Positions 30,801 to 36,936 of a DNA stretch of 64,000 nucleotides are shown here, piece after piece. The stretch is from a virus. The notes below the pieces were generated by a model. That model was not told the origin of the DNA. It saw only the letters and a list, made by a program, of their open reading frames with translations, and ran no database searches. Numbering within the stretch: the first letter of the stretch is position 1; the number at the start of each line of letters is the position of its first letter. The position numbers were made by a program, and so were the translations under genes. The DNA lies in the IMG/VR virus record IMGVR_UViG_3300022719_000152, positions 74,639-138,638 of that record. The stretch is one strand, 5' to 3'.

Positions 30801-32209
30801 TTGGACAGTATGGTCGTACCCTCCTTATCCGAGATCTTCACCAGTCGGCCCACCGGCTTCATCTCACCATTCTTCATCTCATACTGATCTGGGTACGCGA
30901 CATTGGACGTGAGCGCAGTGGCCGGATCAATCCACTCGGTCTTCTTGGTCTTGGTGTTGTAAGCACGGACCTTGAGATCTTTCCCCCTCTTCTCAGCACC
31001 CAAGGAGAGCTGCAGCGTCGTACCAATCTTAGCCGACTCTGGGGTCTGGATGGGATCAAGGAACCCCATGTGGCTTGGGTTGATGAGCTTGGCCGCGTCC
31101 GTCACCTGGTGAATTGAGCCGATACCTCCCTCGCCCAACACAGTCGTTCGACGGTTCCCTGATATGTAGCTCATGGGGTTCATCTGGTCTGGCTGGCTGG
31201 AGAGGTTGGAGGAAGAGAAGAAGCTACGTATGGGCTTGCCAAATTGCTCTGGGTTGATGATCTCCTTGACCTTGGTCTTCTTGTCCACGTTGTTGGAGAT
31301 TTTGCGGCGCACGTTCCACTTGTCGTTGCGCTCGAAACGATCCACCAGCAAGTCCTCGGCAGACATCAGATCCTTGAACCGGAGAGAGTCCCTATCGTCA
31401 GTCTTTTCTTCCTGTCGAGATACACGTAGGATCTTGTGCGAGCCGTCGAGGAGAGCGCTCCCGGTGACCTTGTCATAAGGAGTTCCCAATGTGACTTTTG
31501 TAGAATCTGGACGCAGCACAGTGCGCTCCATCTCCTCCTTGATCTTCTCCCGGGCCTCTTCCATTGACTCTGGGTTCTCACCCGTCATCGACTTGTAGAA
31601 CTTCTTCAACGCTACGTCGTGCTTCTCCTTCTGGTTGGCAGAGAGAATCTCTTTGCCCCAGCGCCGCTCTATCGTGTCGTCGTCAACCCCCATCTCTTTG
31701 AGAATCGGGTACAGGGCAATGTTTGCATTCTTACCCTGATGCTTCATCGTCATCTTCTTGGTCTTGGGGTCGAAGTTCATTTCGAACCCAAGACCCTTGG
31801 CAAGGTTCCACTGAGATGCAATGTCGCCGTTGTCCTTCACTCGGGTGTAGACGCCAGACTTCAACCGGAACTGGTTGTTCACCTGGTACTCGTTGCCGTT
31901 GACAATGTAGGTGTATCGATTGGTGACCTTGGGGAGTTGGGCGACAGTAACGGCTTGGCGGTCTTTCACCTTGCCTGTTTTGTTGTCCACGAGCTCTACT
32001 TCGGCTCGGACAGGCACTGACCAGGTCTGGTCTTTAAGCTTGGCCTGCTTTTGGCTCCGGATATCGTCGATATCCTTGTTGTCATCCACCCAGACCTTGT
32101 TCACCTGAAGGGTGTTCTTCTTACCCTCTATAGGAAACTGGTCTTTGACGACCATGGATACTCGATCTTTGAGTGTGCTGAATGCGTCTTGTGGTTCCCA
32201 GTGTGCCAT
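24815..32209 (-). CDS. Single-polypeptide DNA-directed RNA polymerase (fused beta + beta') with intein
   Basis: beta motifs TPES, GYNFEDGI, GDKIVGRHGNKG, KLHH; beta' motifs LPVLPPTMRP, KRDPVLH, YNADFDGD, GEPATQLSMNAFH/TGG. Confidence 0.95.
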   Translation of the reverse strand: MAHWEPQDAFSTLKDRVSMVVKDQFPIEGKKNTLQVNKVWVDDNKDIDDIRSQKQAKLKDQTWSVPVRAEVELVDNKTGKVKDRQAVTVAQLPKVTNRYTYIVNGNEYQVNNQFRLKSGVYTRVKDNGDIASQWNLAKGLGFEMNFDPKTKKMTMKHQGKNANIALYPILKEMGVDDDTIERRWGKEILSANQKEKHDVALKKFYKSMTGENPESMEEAREKIKEEMERTVLRPDSTKVTLGTPYDKVTGSALLDGSHKILRVSRQEEKTDDRDSLRFKDLMSAEDLLVDRFERNDKWNVRRKISNNVDKKTKVKEIINPEQFGKPIRSFFSSSNLSSQPDQMNPMSYISGNRRTTVLGEGGIGSIHQVTDAAKLINPSHMGFLDPIQTPESAKIGTTLQLSLGAEKRGKDLKVRAYNTKTKKTEWIDPATALTSNVAYPDQYEMKNGEMKPVGRLVKISDKEGTTILSKPSDVDYVLKSSKGMFDLSANMIPFLQNNQGNRTMVAAKQIEQAVALKDREQPKVQVRSDTPATWEQLVGSFVSHMSPVAGKVEKIKKDGVVIRGDDGKRHEVQLYDDFPLNDDKSVINSTPIVKKGDQVKAGQPVADTNFTKDGTLALGTNLRVAYMPYQGYNFEDGIVISDSAAKKLTSEHMFRNNVQADKNTVLNKKKFLAQTAGQVTREQADKLDDNAVIMEGQRVEPGDVIIGALRKELVTPEQQMLGLFSKKRLNPMRARDTRWEKDAPGTVTRVVKHGKKTTVYIKADAPADIGDKIVGRHGNKGIITNILPDHEMPKDKDGNAVQVLLNPTGVPTRINLGQVLETAASKISDKKGKPYVVNNFDPSKKDYTRDLQDELKKAGISDTEELFDPNTNKSLGKVLTGDQYIYKLHHTAEKGLSVRSRHAYDSNMAPRKGGPHGAQTMDAMGLYAMLAHNARENVREMQSYKSDKNDEFWVQLQSGSSIPTPKIPFVWKKFEGYLKGMGLDVQKDGNDLFLAPLTDKKTLAMSNGELKRPSRALQGSKLKPEKGGIFDPDVTGTKWPEGHLGGKWSHIKLESRMPNPVFETPVQSLLGLKKKQFSAIINGKEELDGKTGPEAIISKLKQIDIDGEMKNIQAEIPKLRTNKLNDANKKLKYLNALKRAGMKPTEAYTMRHLPVLPPTMRPVMVRDDGQLNLDDLNRIYQLVGATNDQIKTFDPALPPEEKTKLESTMYDGLKSLTMSGVTSHGKQLKGIAGLIAGASPKEGFFQSKIIGRRQDLSMRSTIVPEPSLSLDEVGIPHKAARELYKPFVVQSMVRSGYRPLQAQKEVKESTIASDKHLEKVVNERPLLLKRDPVLHKFGVQAFKPRLTDGKAIKIHPLATSGYNADFDGDKMAAFVPVSPSAVREASKMVPSHNLFSPSTGSLMFKPEQEAMLGLYKLTEMGKDKGKKFDNLLDAVKATKNKEIDLNEVIDLSDINKDPLSLLKEGAPKKNKTTMGRLMVYHSLPEKVRDERILYDPAFNLNKKSLNDLLTRIAKDSTGDFGWAADRLKDIGNEHSTGLSISLKDFESDSRFRDSLMAAAAKEETKIRNSRASSDKKAEKIVNLYSKVSATLDKEGKKRMDKKTDNRMYDWIKSGARGKWDNFKQMTLAPVLVADSSGKPVPVPINKSYSEGLDIGSYWASMHGARMGTIGRVEGTWRPGLMSKQLIQTTMNQMVVDEDCGTSKGIILPVDNRDILDRYTSRAIKLGTKGGKEKGTIPAGTLITPDVVNRLRNNKVSEVRVRSPLKCEHGDGMCGKCYGLNENGEIHNPGTNVGVMAAHALGEPATQLSMNAFHCNHSDSLVFVRRLEGEPYAVTMEDFFESMQVDVEVEGDEEIKDLSGANIETLSKEGWVPVTHVRRHAPSRPMRMLSGGGLVTICQDNHPVAVWQNAVQCESCGYHRLKKNGTRAVCPSCKKAQRFQERKPVGQVGYLPPTELDPKRFFLHKNLKPVISHECTNDIAEKYIGEDPWVVGMFLAEGCVTFKRSHARMQEKKPYALDFAQNDGPIKDKLVLALEASGHGPRVYTKRVIVNSLALGAKFHSLFGRYAHKKSLPPRFIQFDLDWLRRCLAGIIDGDGTVERHKDGPDTIGIDTTSFELAQQVAFVAIRLGIDSSIVATTIGEITRKQGFKVRLRMTPLACALLEDSIKVTQIEKKSLTSGPPSIEKHVLLTLNREILYDEPYVYDLTTESGTLYVGGLLSHNTGGVVGAKGTDAINVFTRLEQLLNVPKKLPGSATLAQAEGKIEQVKKDEAGGWSVYIHGQRHYVPGSRKLKVKKGDLVRRGDAISSGPKNPMEMLPLTNINSVQRYLTDEIQGTYESVAPIRRRNTETFVRAMTNLSEVLDPGDHEDVIRGDRMPTSEINKFNRNLPKGKKSVVYRPMLKGVNQLPLELQTDWIARLQSQKLKGTLIDAAAEGWRSALHSTNPVPGMAYGKEFGKGTEEAPWLY
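25550..26770 (-). mobile_element. Intein in RNAP trigger loop (407 aa, LAGLIDADG, Zn-ribbon-like insert)
   Basis: AFH|CNHSDSLV...MFLAEG...LAGIIDGDG...VYDLTT...SHN|TGG; visibly AT-richer than flanks. Confidence 0.9.
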
Positions 32210-32311
32210 TCTCGCCTTCCGTGCCTAGTCGCTGGCGATGCTTGTCGCCTCAAAGCCCAGAGGATTCAAAGGGTTGCCCAATAGTACCTCGGAAACCCCA
32301 AGTAGCAAATG

Positions 32312-32320
32312 GGTATAAGA
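32312..32320 (+). promoter_or_regulatory. GGTATAAGA candidate phage promoter
   Basis: Start of plus-strand island, divergent from RNAP gene. Confidence 0.55.
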
Positions 32321-32370
32321 CAGTTGAGGCCCGAATCATAGCCAAAACCAATACCGGAAAAGGGAATATT

Positions 32371-32523
32371 ATGAGCAGAACTGGATCTACAACTAGCTTC
32401 TTCCAATCAGCCTTGTCTTCAGCAGTAGGAGGAAACTCCTCGTGGGGATCTGGGTCAGGAAGCAGCACAAGCAGTAGTGGAAAGAGTTCCAAGGGAAGCA
32501 ACGCTAAGGGCAAAGGAAAGTGA
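32371..32523 (+). CDS. 50-aa Ser/Gly/Lys-rich peptide
   Basis: ATG 32371 with AAAGGGA upstream; MSRTGSTTSFFQSALSS...KGKGK. Confidence 0.5.
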   Translation: MSRTGSTTSFFQSALSSAVGGNSSWGSGSGSSTSSSGKSSKGSNAKGKGK

Positions 32524-32615
32524 GCATTTTCTTTTGGTCGATTGTTGCTGGAGCTCTGTTCAGATTCAGACACGATCTCATTCGTGAGGTCAATCGGCAC
32601 CTCGCCGAAGCGTAA
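32520..32615 (+). CDS. 31-aa small hydrophobic peptide
   Basis: GTGA overlap with previous stop; MSIFFWSIVAGALFRFRHDLIREVNRHLAEA. Confidence 0.4.
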   Translation: MSIFFWSIVAGALFRFRHDLIREVNRHLAEA

Positions 32616-32621
32616 ATCTAC

Positions 32622-33029
32622 ATGGTCACATGCCTGATTTGCGATGAGCCACTACTCGGGCCAGTGGCAATTCGTATACGGCAGGGGTGTGTCCGCAATT
32701 TCAAGTGGGGGACGACGATAGCAGAGACGATGGGGTTTAGGGACGGGTCCACAATCAAGTGGGTCTGTAAAAGGTGCGCCATAGAGCGGTGCATCTTCCC
32801 GAACACCCTTGAGGATAAAACCTGCTTCTTGTGTAACAAGGGGTTCGTTTCTACGTTGCAACCCCATGCGGACATAGTCCTCCTAGTAGAAAAATGCCTG
32901 TTGAAGCCCAGCACCAAAGGGAAGCGACTGGCAGTGAAACCTCTCCAGGGAGGCCACGTCCACAATGACTGTGCATGGAAAGATTGGGATCTGCCGTTAT
33001 GGAAACTGCAGTCAAGAGACATCGCGTAG
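32622..33029 (+). CDS. Cys-rich zinc-binding protein
   Basis: CLIC...CKRC and CFLC...HNDC pairs. Confidence 0.6.
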   Translation: MVTCLICDEPLLGPVAIRIRQGCVRNFKWGTTIAETMGFRDGSTIKWVCKRCAIERCIFPNTLEDKTCFLCNKGFVSTLQPHADIVLLVEKCLLKPSTKGKRLAVKPLQGGHVHNDCAWKDWDLPLWKLQSRDIA

Positions 33030-33280
33030 TTCCAGCGAAGGCAGTTCCCCGTCGCAAGTGTGATCACTGCGCTCGTGAGACTGACATGGTCATCATCACG
33101 AGAAGGACGTTCTACCCCCGAAGGGGAGAAACAGAAACTCTGATATTCTGCTCTGAAATCTGCGAGCGGGAGTATCTCTATGACGACGTGCTCGCCGCGG
33201 ATGTCCAGCAGCGCGTGGACGATGAGCTCGCCGGCGTCAAGAGTACTCTATGCTCCGCTTGCAGACGTAAGGTGGAATAG
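32975..33280 (+). CDS. TRASH/MYM-like zinc-finger protein
   Basis: CDHC...FCSEIC...CSAC; start may be ATG 32999. Confidence 0.55.
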   Translation: MERLGSAVMETAVKRHRVVPAKAVPRRKCDHCARETDMVIITRRTFYPRRGETETLIFCSEICEREYLYDDVLAADVQQRVDDELAGVKSTLCSACRRKVE

Positions 33281-33288
33281 GAAGGAGC

Positions 33289-33321
33289 GAGGGGCCGGCG
33301 CCGGCCCCTCATTTTTTAGCC
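33289..33321 (+). terminator. Palindromic terminator at end of plus-strand island
   Basis: GAGGGGCCGGC/GCCGGCCCCTC then ATTTTTTAGCC. Confidence 0.75.
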
Positions 33322-33410
33322 GTCATTTTTGTCATACAAAAAATGACAGGTCAGTGACGTACTGCGTCATCTCAATCTGTGGGGCAAGAGGGCAGCGCTT
33401 TTAGCGTTGC

Positions 33411-35477
33411 TCAGATCATGGTGGCTTCAGGGCCGCGCTGAGGGGGTCGCTGCTCAGGCAGCGGCATGGCAGCAGAGTTCTGCTGAGCCCCTGTAGCAGA
33501 TTGCATGATGGGTAGGATGAGTTGGTAGAGCTGTGGGTTCTTCTGGCGAATGCTTACGAGCTCTGCTTGGCGCTGGTCGTCGGGAAGTTGGTTCAGCCAT
33601 GCAACAACCTTCTGTGCGATCACCATGACGTCGTAGCCTGCGCCGGCCTGCTCTCCACCCACAGGAGATTGAGATCCCTCCATCCCTGGAGGAGCTGAAG
33701 CGCCTTGCTCTTGAGCTGCTGCTTGCTCGGCCGCGGGGTCCATTGGGGCTGCGGGTGGGATCTCCATGCCTGGGACCTGACCGGCAGCGTTCATCATGCC
33801 AGTCTCTTGGTTGATCATCTGGCCTACTGCAGCCGGGCTGGCCTGTCCAGGTATACCAGCGGTGGGCATAGGCTCTGTGGCCGGCATACCCATAGCTGCA
33901 GCATCGGGAGTCTGCTCCATCATCATCTTCTGGCCGCGGAGCTGGTACTTCGCCATGACCATTTGGCTCTCGCCCTGGATGCGAGCCTGCGCTAGAGCTT
34001 GCCGACGCTGACCTTCGAGGATGTACTTGCGCTCCTCCTCGATACGGTCTTGTTCCTTCCTCGAATCCCAGTTGGTGTCCTCGAGCAGAGAGTTGTCCGA
34101 GATCTTGCCAGCCTGATTGAGCTGAAGATTGAATGCGGCCCGCTGCAGATCATCAGCCAGCTTGAACGGCTTGTAGCGAACGTTGACTGGAGCCCAGCCC
34201 ATGAACGAGGCGATCTGGGGGATGACAAAGTCGAGGACCATAGTCTTTCGCTGACTGCGCTGGTCTTCAAAGTGGTTCTCCAAGATACGCATGGAGACGT
34301 TAGACCCGGAGTACTGCATCCCTCCGAATACAAACTCGATGGGCACTCCCATACCGGCAACGATGTGCTCCGACCACTGACGGTACTCTTGGGCCAGCAT
34401 GAGAGCTCGACCGTCACCACCCAGAGACTCCTGACCCACGGGGAGTGGGAGGATTGGGATGTAGTTGTTGTCGAGCCGCCAGCGGATGATCTCTTGTTCG
34501 ATCTTGTCTCGCCACTGGGTCATGTTGATGGTCGTGTAGACGTCGGAGGTGCCACTGGCTGACTGTGGGAAGAGGATGCGCAGGGGCACAATGTGTTCGA
34601 TGGCGATAGCTTCCTGCGCCTTGCGCAGAATCTGCAGGTAGAAAGTGTCCTTCAATACCGGCAAGACCATCGGCAGGCCCCAACCCTTGTCCTTCTGAGC
34701 AATGGTTGGGCGCTGCAGGTGGTAAATGTTGTTCTTGTTGAACAGCACCGCCTTGTTCTTGCGGAGCGCTTCAATGAAGACCTGCGGAATGTTCTCTATG
34801 ATGTGGCGCTTCGACATACGCACGTCGTTCGCCATCGAGGGGGGTATGGTGTAGTAGTACCGACTTTCCCCCGTTGCTTCATTGTGTTGGACCGTGATGT
34901 TCTCTGGGTTCCAACGGATGAGTCGAATGTCTCTCACCGAGCGGATATAGAGATCCTGGACAATGAACTCTCCGTAGTGCCCACAGCGGCTGCAGTTACC
35001 GATGAACTGGTACTCACGAAAGATGTATTTCTGGCGTTGAACCTTCTCGTAGTGACCGCAGCTCTTGCACTTGAGGTGCTTGATGAAGGGAAAATAGACG
35101 GAGATGAATGAGTTGCCGTAGACGTTGTAGTCGAGCCCTGCTTCAATCTCGAACTGCTTGTAGTTGAGCACCCTCTTGAATAGGTAGTCCCACTTCTTTC
35201 GGAGCTCTTCGCTCCCCTCATCCACGATCATATCGGTGACCGGGTACTCTGCCATCTTGTAGCAAGTGGCGTTGATGAGGGGGTTAGTGAGGAAGTAGTA
35301 CCGGCACCACCGAAGCATCGTTTTGTACGATGTCGGTAGATAGGTGTGAGCAATATCGAAGAACGGGGAGGGGTACCGAATCGCACCTAGAGCCTCACCA
35401 GTGATGGACCGACCACTGTTGCGAGCGAATCGAAACCCACCAGAGGGGCCGAAATTGAGTGCGTCTATCTGAGCCAT
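33411..35477 (-). CDS. Portal protein (putative)
   Basis: 688 aa; NPLIN..., DYNVYGNSFIS, IRWNPENI, IYHL...GWGLP, IVAGMGVPIEFVFGG portal-like layout; Zn-finger insert; low-complexity tail. Confidence 0.7.
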   Translation of the reverse strand: MAQIDALNFGPSGGFRFARNSGRSITGEALGAIRYPSPFFDIAHTYLPTSYKTMLRWCRYYFLTNPLINATCYKMAEYPVTDMIVDEGSEELRKKWDYLFKRVLNYKQFEIEAGLDYNVYGNSFISVYFPFIKHLKCKSCGHYEKVQRQKYIFREYQFIGNCSRCGHYGEFIVQDLYIRSVRDIRLIRWNPENITVQHNEATGESRYYYTIPPSMANDVRMSKRHIIENIPQVFIEALRKNKAVLFNKNNIYHLQRPTIAQKDKGWGLPMVLPVLKDTFYLQILRKAQEAIAIEHIVPLRILFPQSASGTSDVYTTINMTQWRDKIEQEIIRWRLDNNYIPILPLPVGQESLGGDGRALMLAQEYRQWSEHIVAGMGVPIEFVFGGMQYSGSNVSMRILENHFEDQRSQRKTMVLDFVIPQIASFMGWAPVNVRYKPFKLADDLQRAAFNLQLNQAGKISDNSLLEDTNWDSRKEQDRIEEERKYILEGQRRQALAQARIQGESQMVMAKYQLRGQKMMMEQTPDAAAMGMPATEPMPTAGIPGQASPAAVGQMINQETGMMNAAGQVPGMEIPPAAPMDPAAEQAAAQEQGASAPPGMEGSQSPVGGEQAGAGYDVMVIAQKVVAWLNQLPDDQRQAELVSIRQKNPQLYQLILPIMQSATGAQQNSAAMPLPEQRPPQRGPEATMI

Positions 35478-35480
35478 GCG

Positions 35481-36074
35481 TTACCCGTAGTATCTGCGGA
35501 TTCGATTGATTTGACTGGTAGCTTCAGTGGGTGATGGGGCATTGAGGGCCTGGTCTACCGTACCACCACTGCGTAGTCGATCAATGACCCGACCAAGCCT
35601 ACCACCAGCAACTTCGCCAGCAGTAAACATCCCTACCGCAGGAACAAACCCCAAACCTCCACCCAATACACCGCCTGCGGCGCCTCCAATGTTGGCCAAC
35701 CACCGCTCTGCAGCACCACCTTCACCAGTAGGGGAGGCAGGCTGTGATTTACCCATTGTCAGAGCTGCGGCTGGAATTCCAAGGGTCAAACTCTTCTCTC
35801 CGATGGGTAGGTACTTGGTCACCTTGCCTTTGCCCGTCCAGCCTCCCATCTCCTTCCAACCTTTTCTCATGCCTTCTACTGGATGCATAACACGCTGAGT
35901 TGCGTCACTGAGCCCCTGATGCTGCCCTTTGAAGAACTCCCCTACTGAGCGGGCCTTGGAGGCCATTCCTTTGCCCAGCGGAGACTTGCCGAGCCGTGTC
36001 AAGAGCCTGCTAATGCTGGCTTGTTTCTCGAGCTCATCGACGAAGGCTTCGTACTCGCTCAGTGGGTGACCCAT
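35481..36074 (-). CDS. Gly-rich internal virion/membrane-active protein with AFVDELEKQA leader
   Basis: 197 aa; amphipathic and GxxxG hydrophobic segments. Confidence 0.6.
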   Translation of the reverse strand: MGHPLSEYEAFVDELEKQASISRLLTRLGKSPLGKGMASKARSVGEFFKGQHQGLSDATQRVMHPVEGMRKGWKEMGGWTGKGKVTKYLPIGEKSLTLGIPAAALTMGKSQPASPTGEGGAAERWLANIGGAAGGVLGGGLGFVPAVGMFTAGEVAGGRLGRVIDRLRSGGTVDQALNAPSPTEATSQINRIRRYYG

Positions 36075-36934
36075 GACTTCAATTCCTTGAGTTGATCGAC
36101 TAACTGCTGCCTACGAAGCTGCATGTATCGGTAGGCGACCACCAGCTTCCCTGTCTGAACATCTTCGGGGGATTCCTCGTCTAAGTCTACGTTCTCTATG
36201 CCCTTCCTCTGCACTTCATCATAGCGCTTCTTGGTTGAGGCAGGGTCCCTCGTCAGGAACTTATCCACATCCCTGCCGGCGCTGTCCGGTACGTGGTCAG
36301 ATGGTTTCAAATTCAGCGGATGGATGTCCGCGAATCTCGCAGTACAGAAGTCACATCTACCATCAAGATCGTCCTTTTCGACGTTCCCACAGACGTTGCA
36401 CCGATACATTGGTTGCGAGAGCATCGTTTGGGCAAAATCCAATGGAGTGGGGAGGTACGTGACCCCCTGTTCAAGTGCACACGCTGCAACGTACTTCTCA
36501 ATCTCTTCACCGTAGTCTTCCCGCCGTATCTTATTCGCGATATCGACACCGGCCATGAGCTGCGCCACCGTGCAACGCTGAGAGATGTCGAATCGAGGGA
36601 TGTTATTGTTGAGTACTTGAGTGATCTTCTCGAAGATGTGCCACTCTTCCCAGAAACCAATGGTAGACACGAGGGTCCTGGCCACCTGGATCTTCTGCCA
36701 GTTGTGTTCGCTGACAGACGTAGCGTTGAACGTAGTCAGTATCTCACTGCGCAGAGTCTCGGGCTCCCACTCAAACCAATCGACACCAAACTTCTCCATG
36801 AGGACCATGACCAACGCCACGGGATGCGCATCATGGTAGCTGAAGAACCGGATGATGGGCTCACGAGATGCTTGGACAGCAGCCGGGGCCTTGGATACAT
36901 CCAATCCCCACTTTATGAGTGGAGCTTGGTCCAT
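36059..36934 (-). CDS. Hypothetical virion-module protein with CxxC...CxxC
   Basis: 291 aa operonic ORF. Confidence 0.65.
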   Translation of the reverse strand: MDQAPLIKWGLDVSKAPAAVQASREPIIRFFSYHDAHPVALVMVLMEKFGVDWFEWEPETLRSEILTTFNATSVSEHNWQKIQVARTLVSTIGFWEEWHIFEKITQVLNNNIPRFDISQRCTVAQLMAGVDIANKIRREDYGEEIEKYVAACALEQGVTYLPTPLDFAQTMLSQPMYRCNVCGNVEKDDLDGRCDFCTARFADIHPLNLKPSDHVPDSAGRDVDKFLTRDPASTKKRYDEVQRKGIENVDLDEESPEDVQTGKLVVAYRYMQLRRQQLVDQLKELKSWVTH

Positions 36935-36936
36935 TC

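Noticed and set aside
24815-32209. Cellular rpoBC locus or host contamination
   Set aside because: No ribosomal-protein neighbours, reduced domains, and coupled to phage structural genes.
32371-32523. Ser/Gly-rich peptide as RiPP precursor
   Set aside because: No modifying enzymes or transporter nearby.
32250-32600. 116-aa minus-strand ORF upstream of RNAP
   Set aside because: Overlaps the plus-strand promoter motif and coupled small ORFs; looks like an antisense translation.
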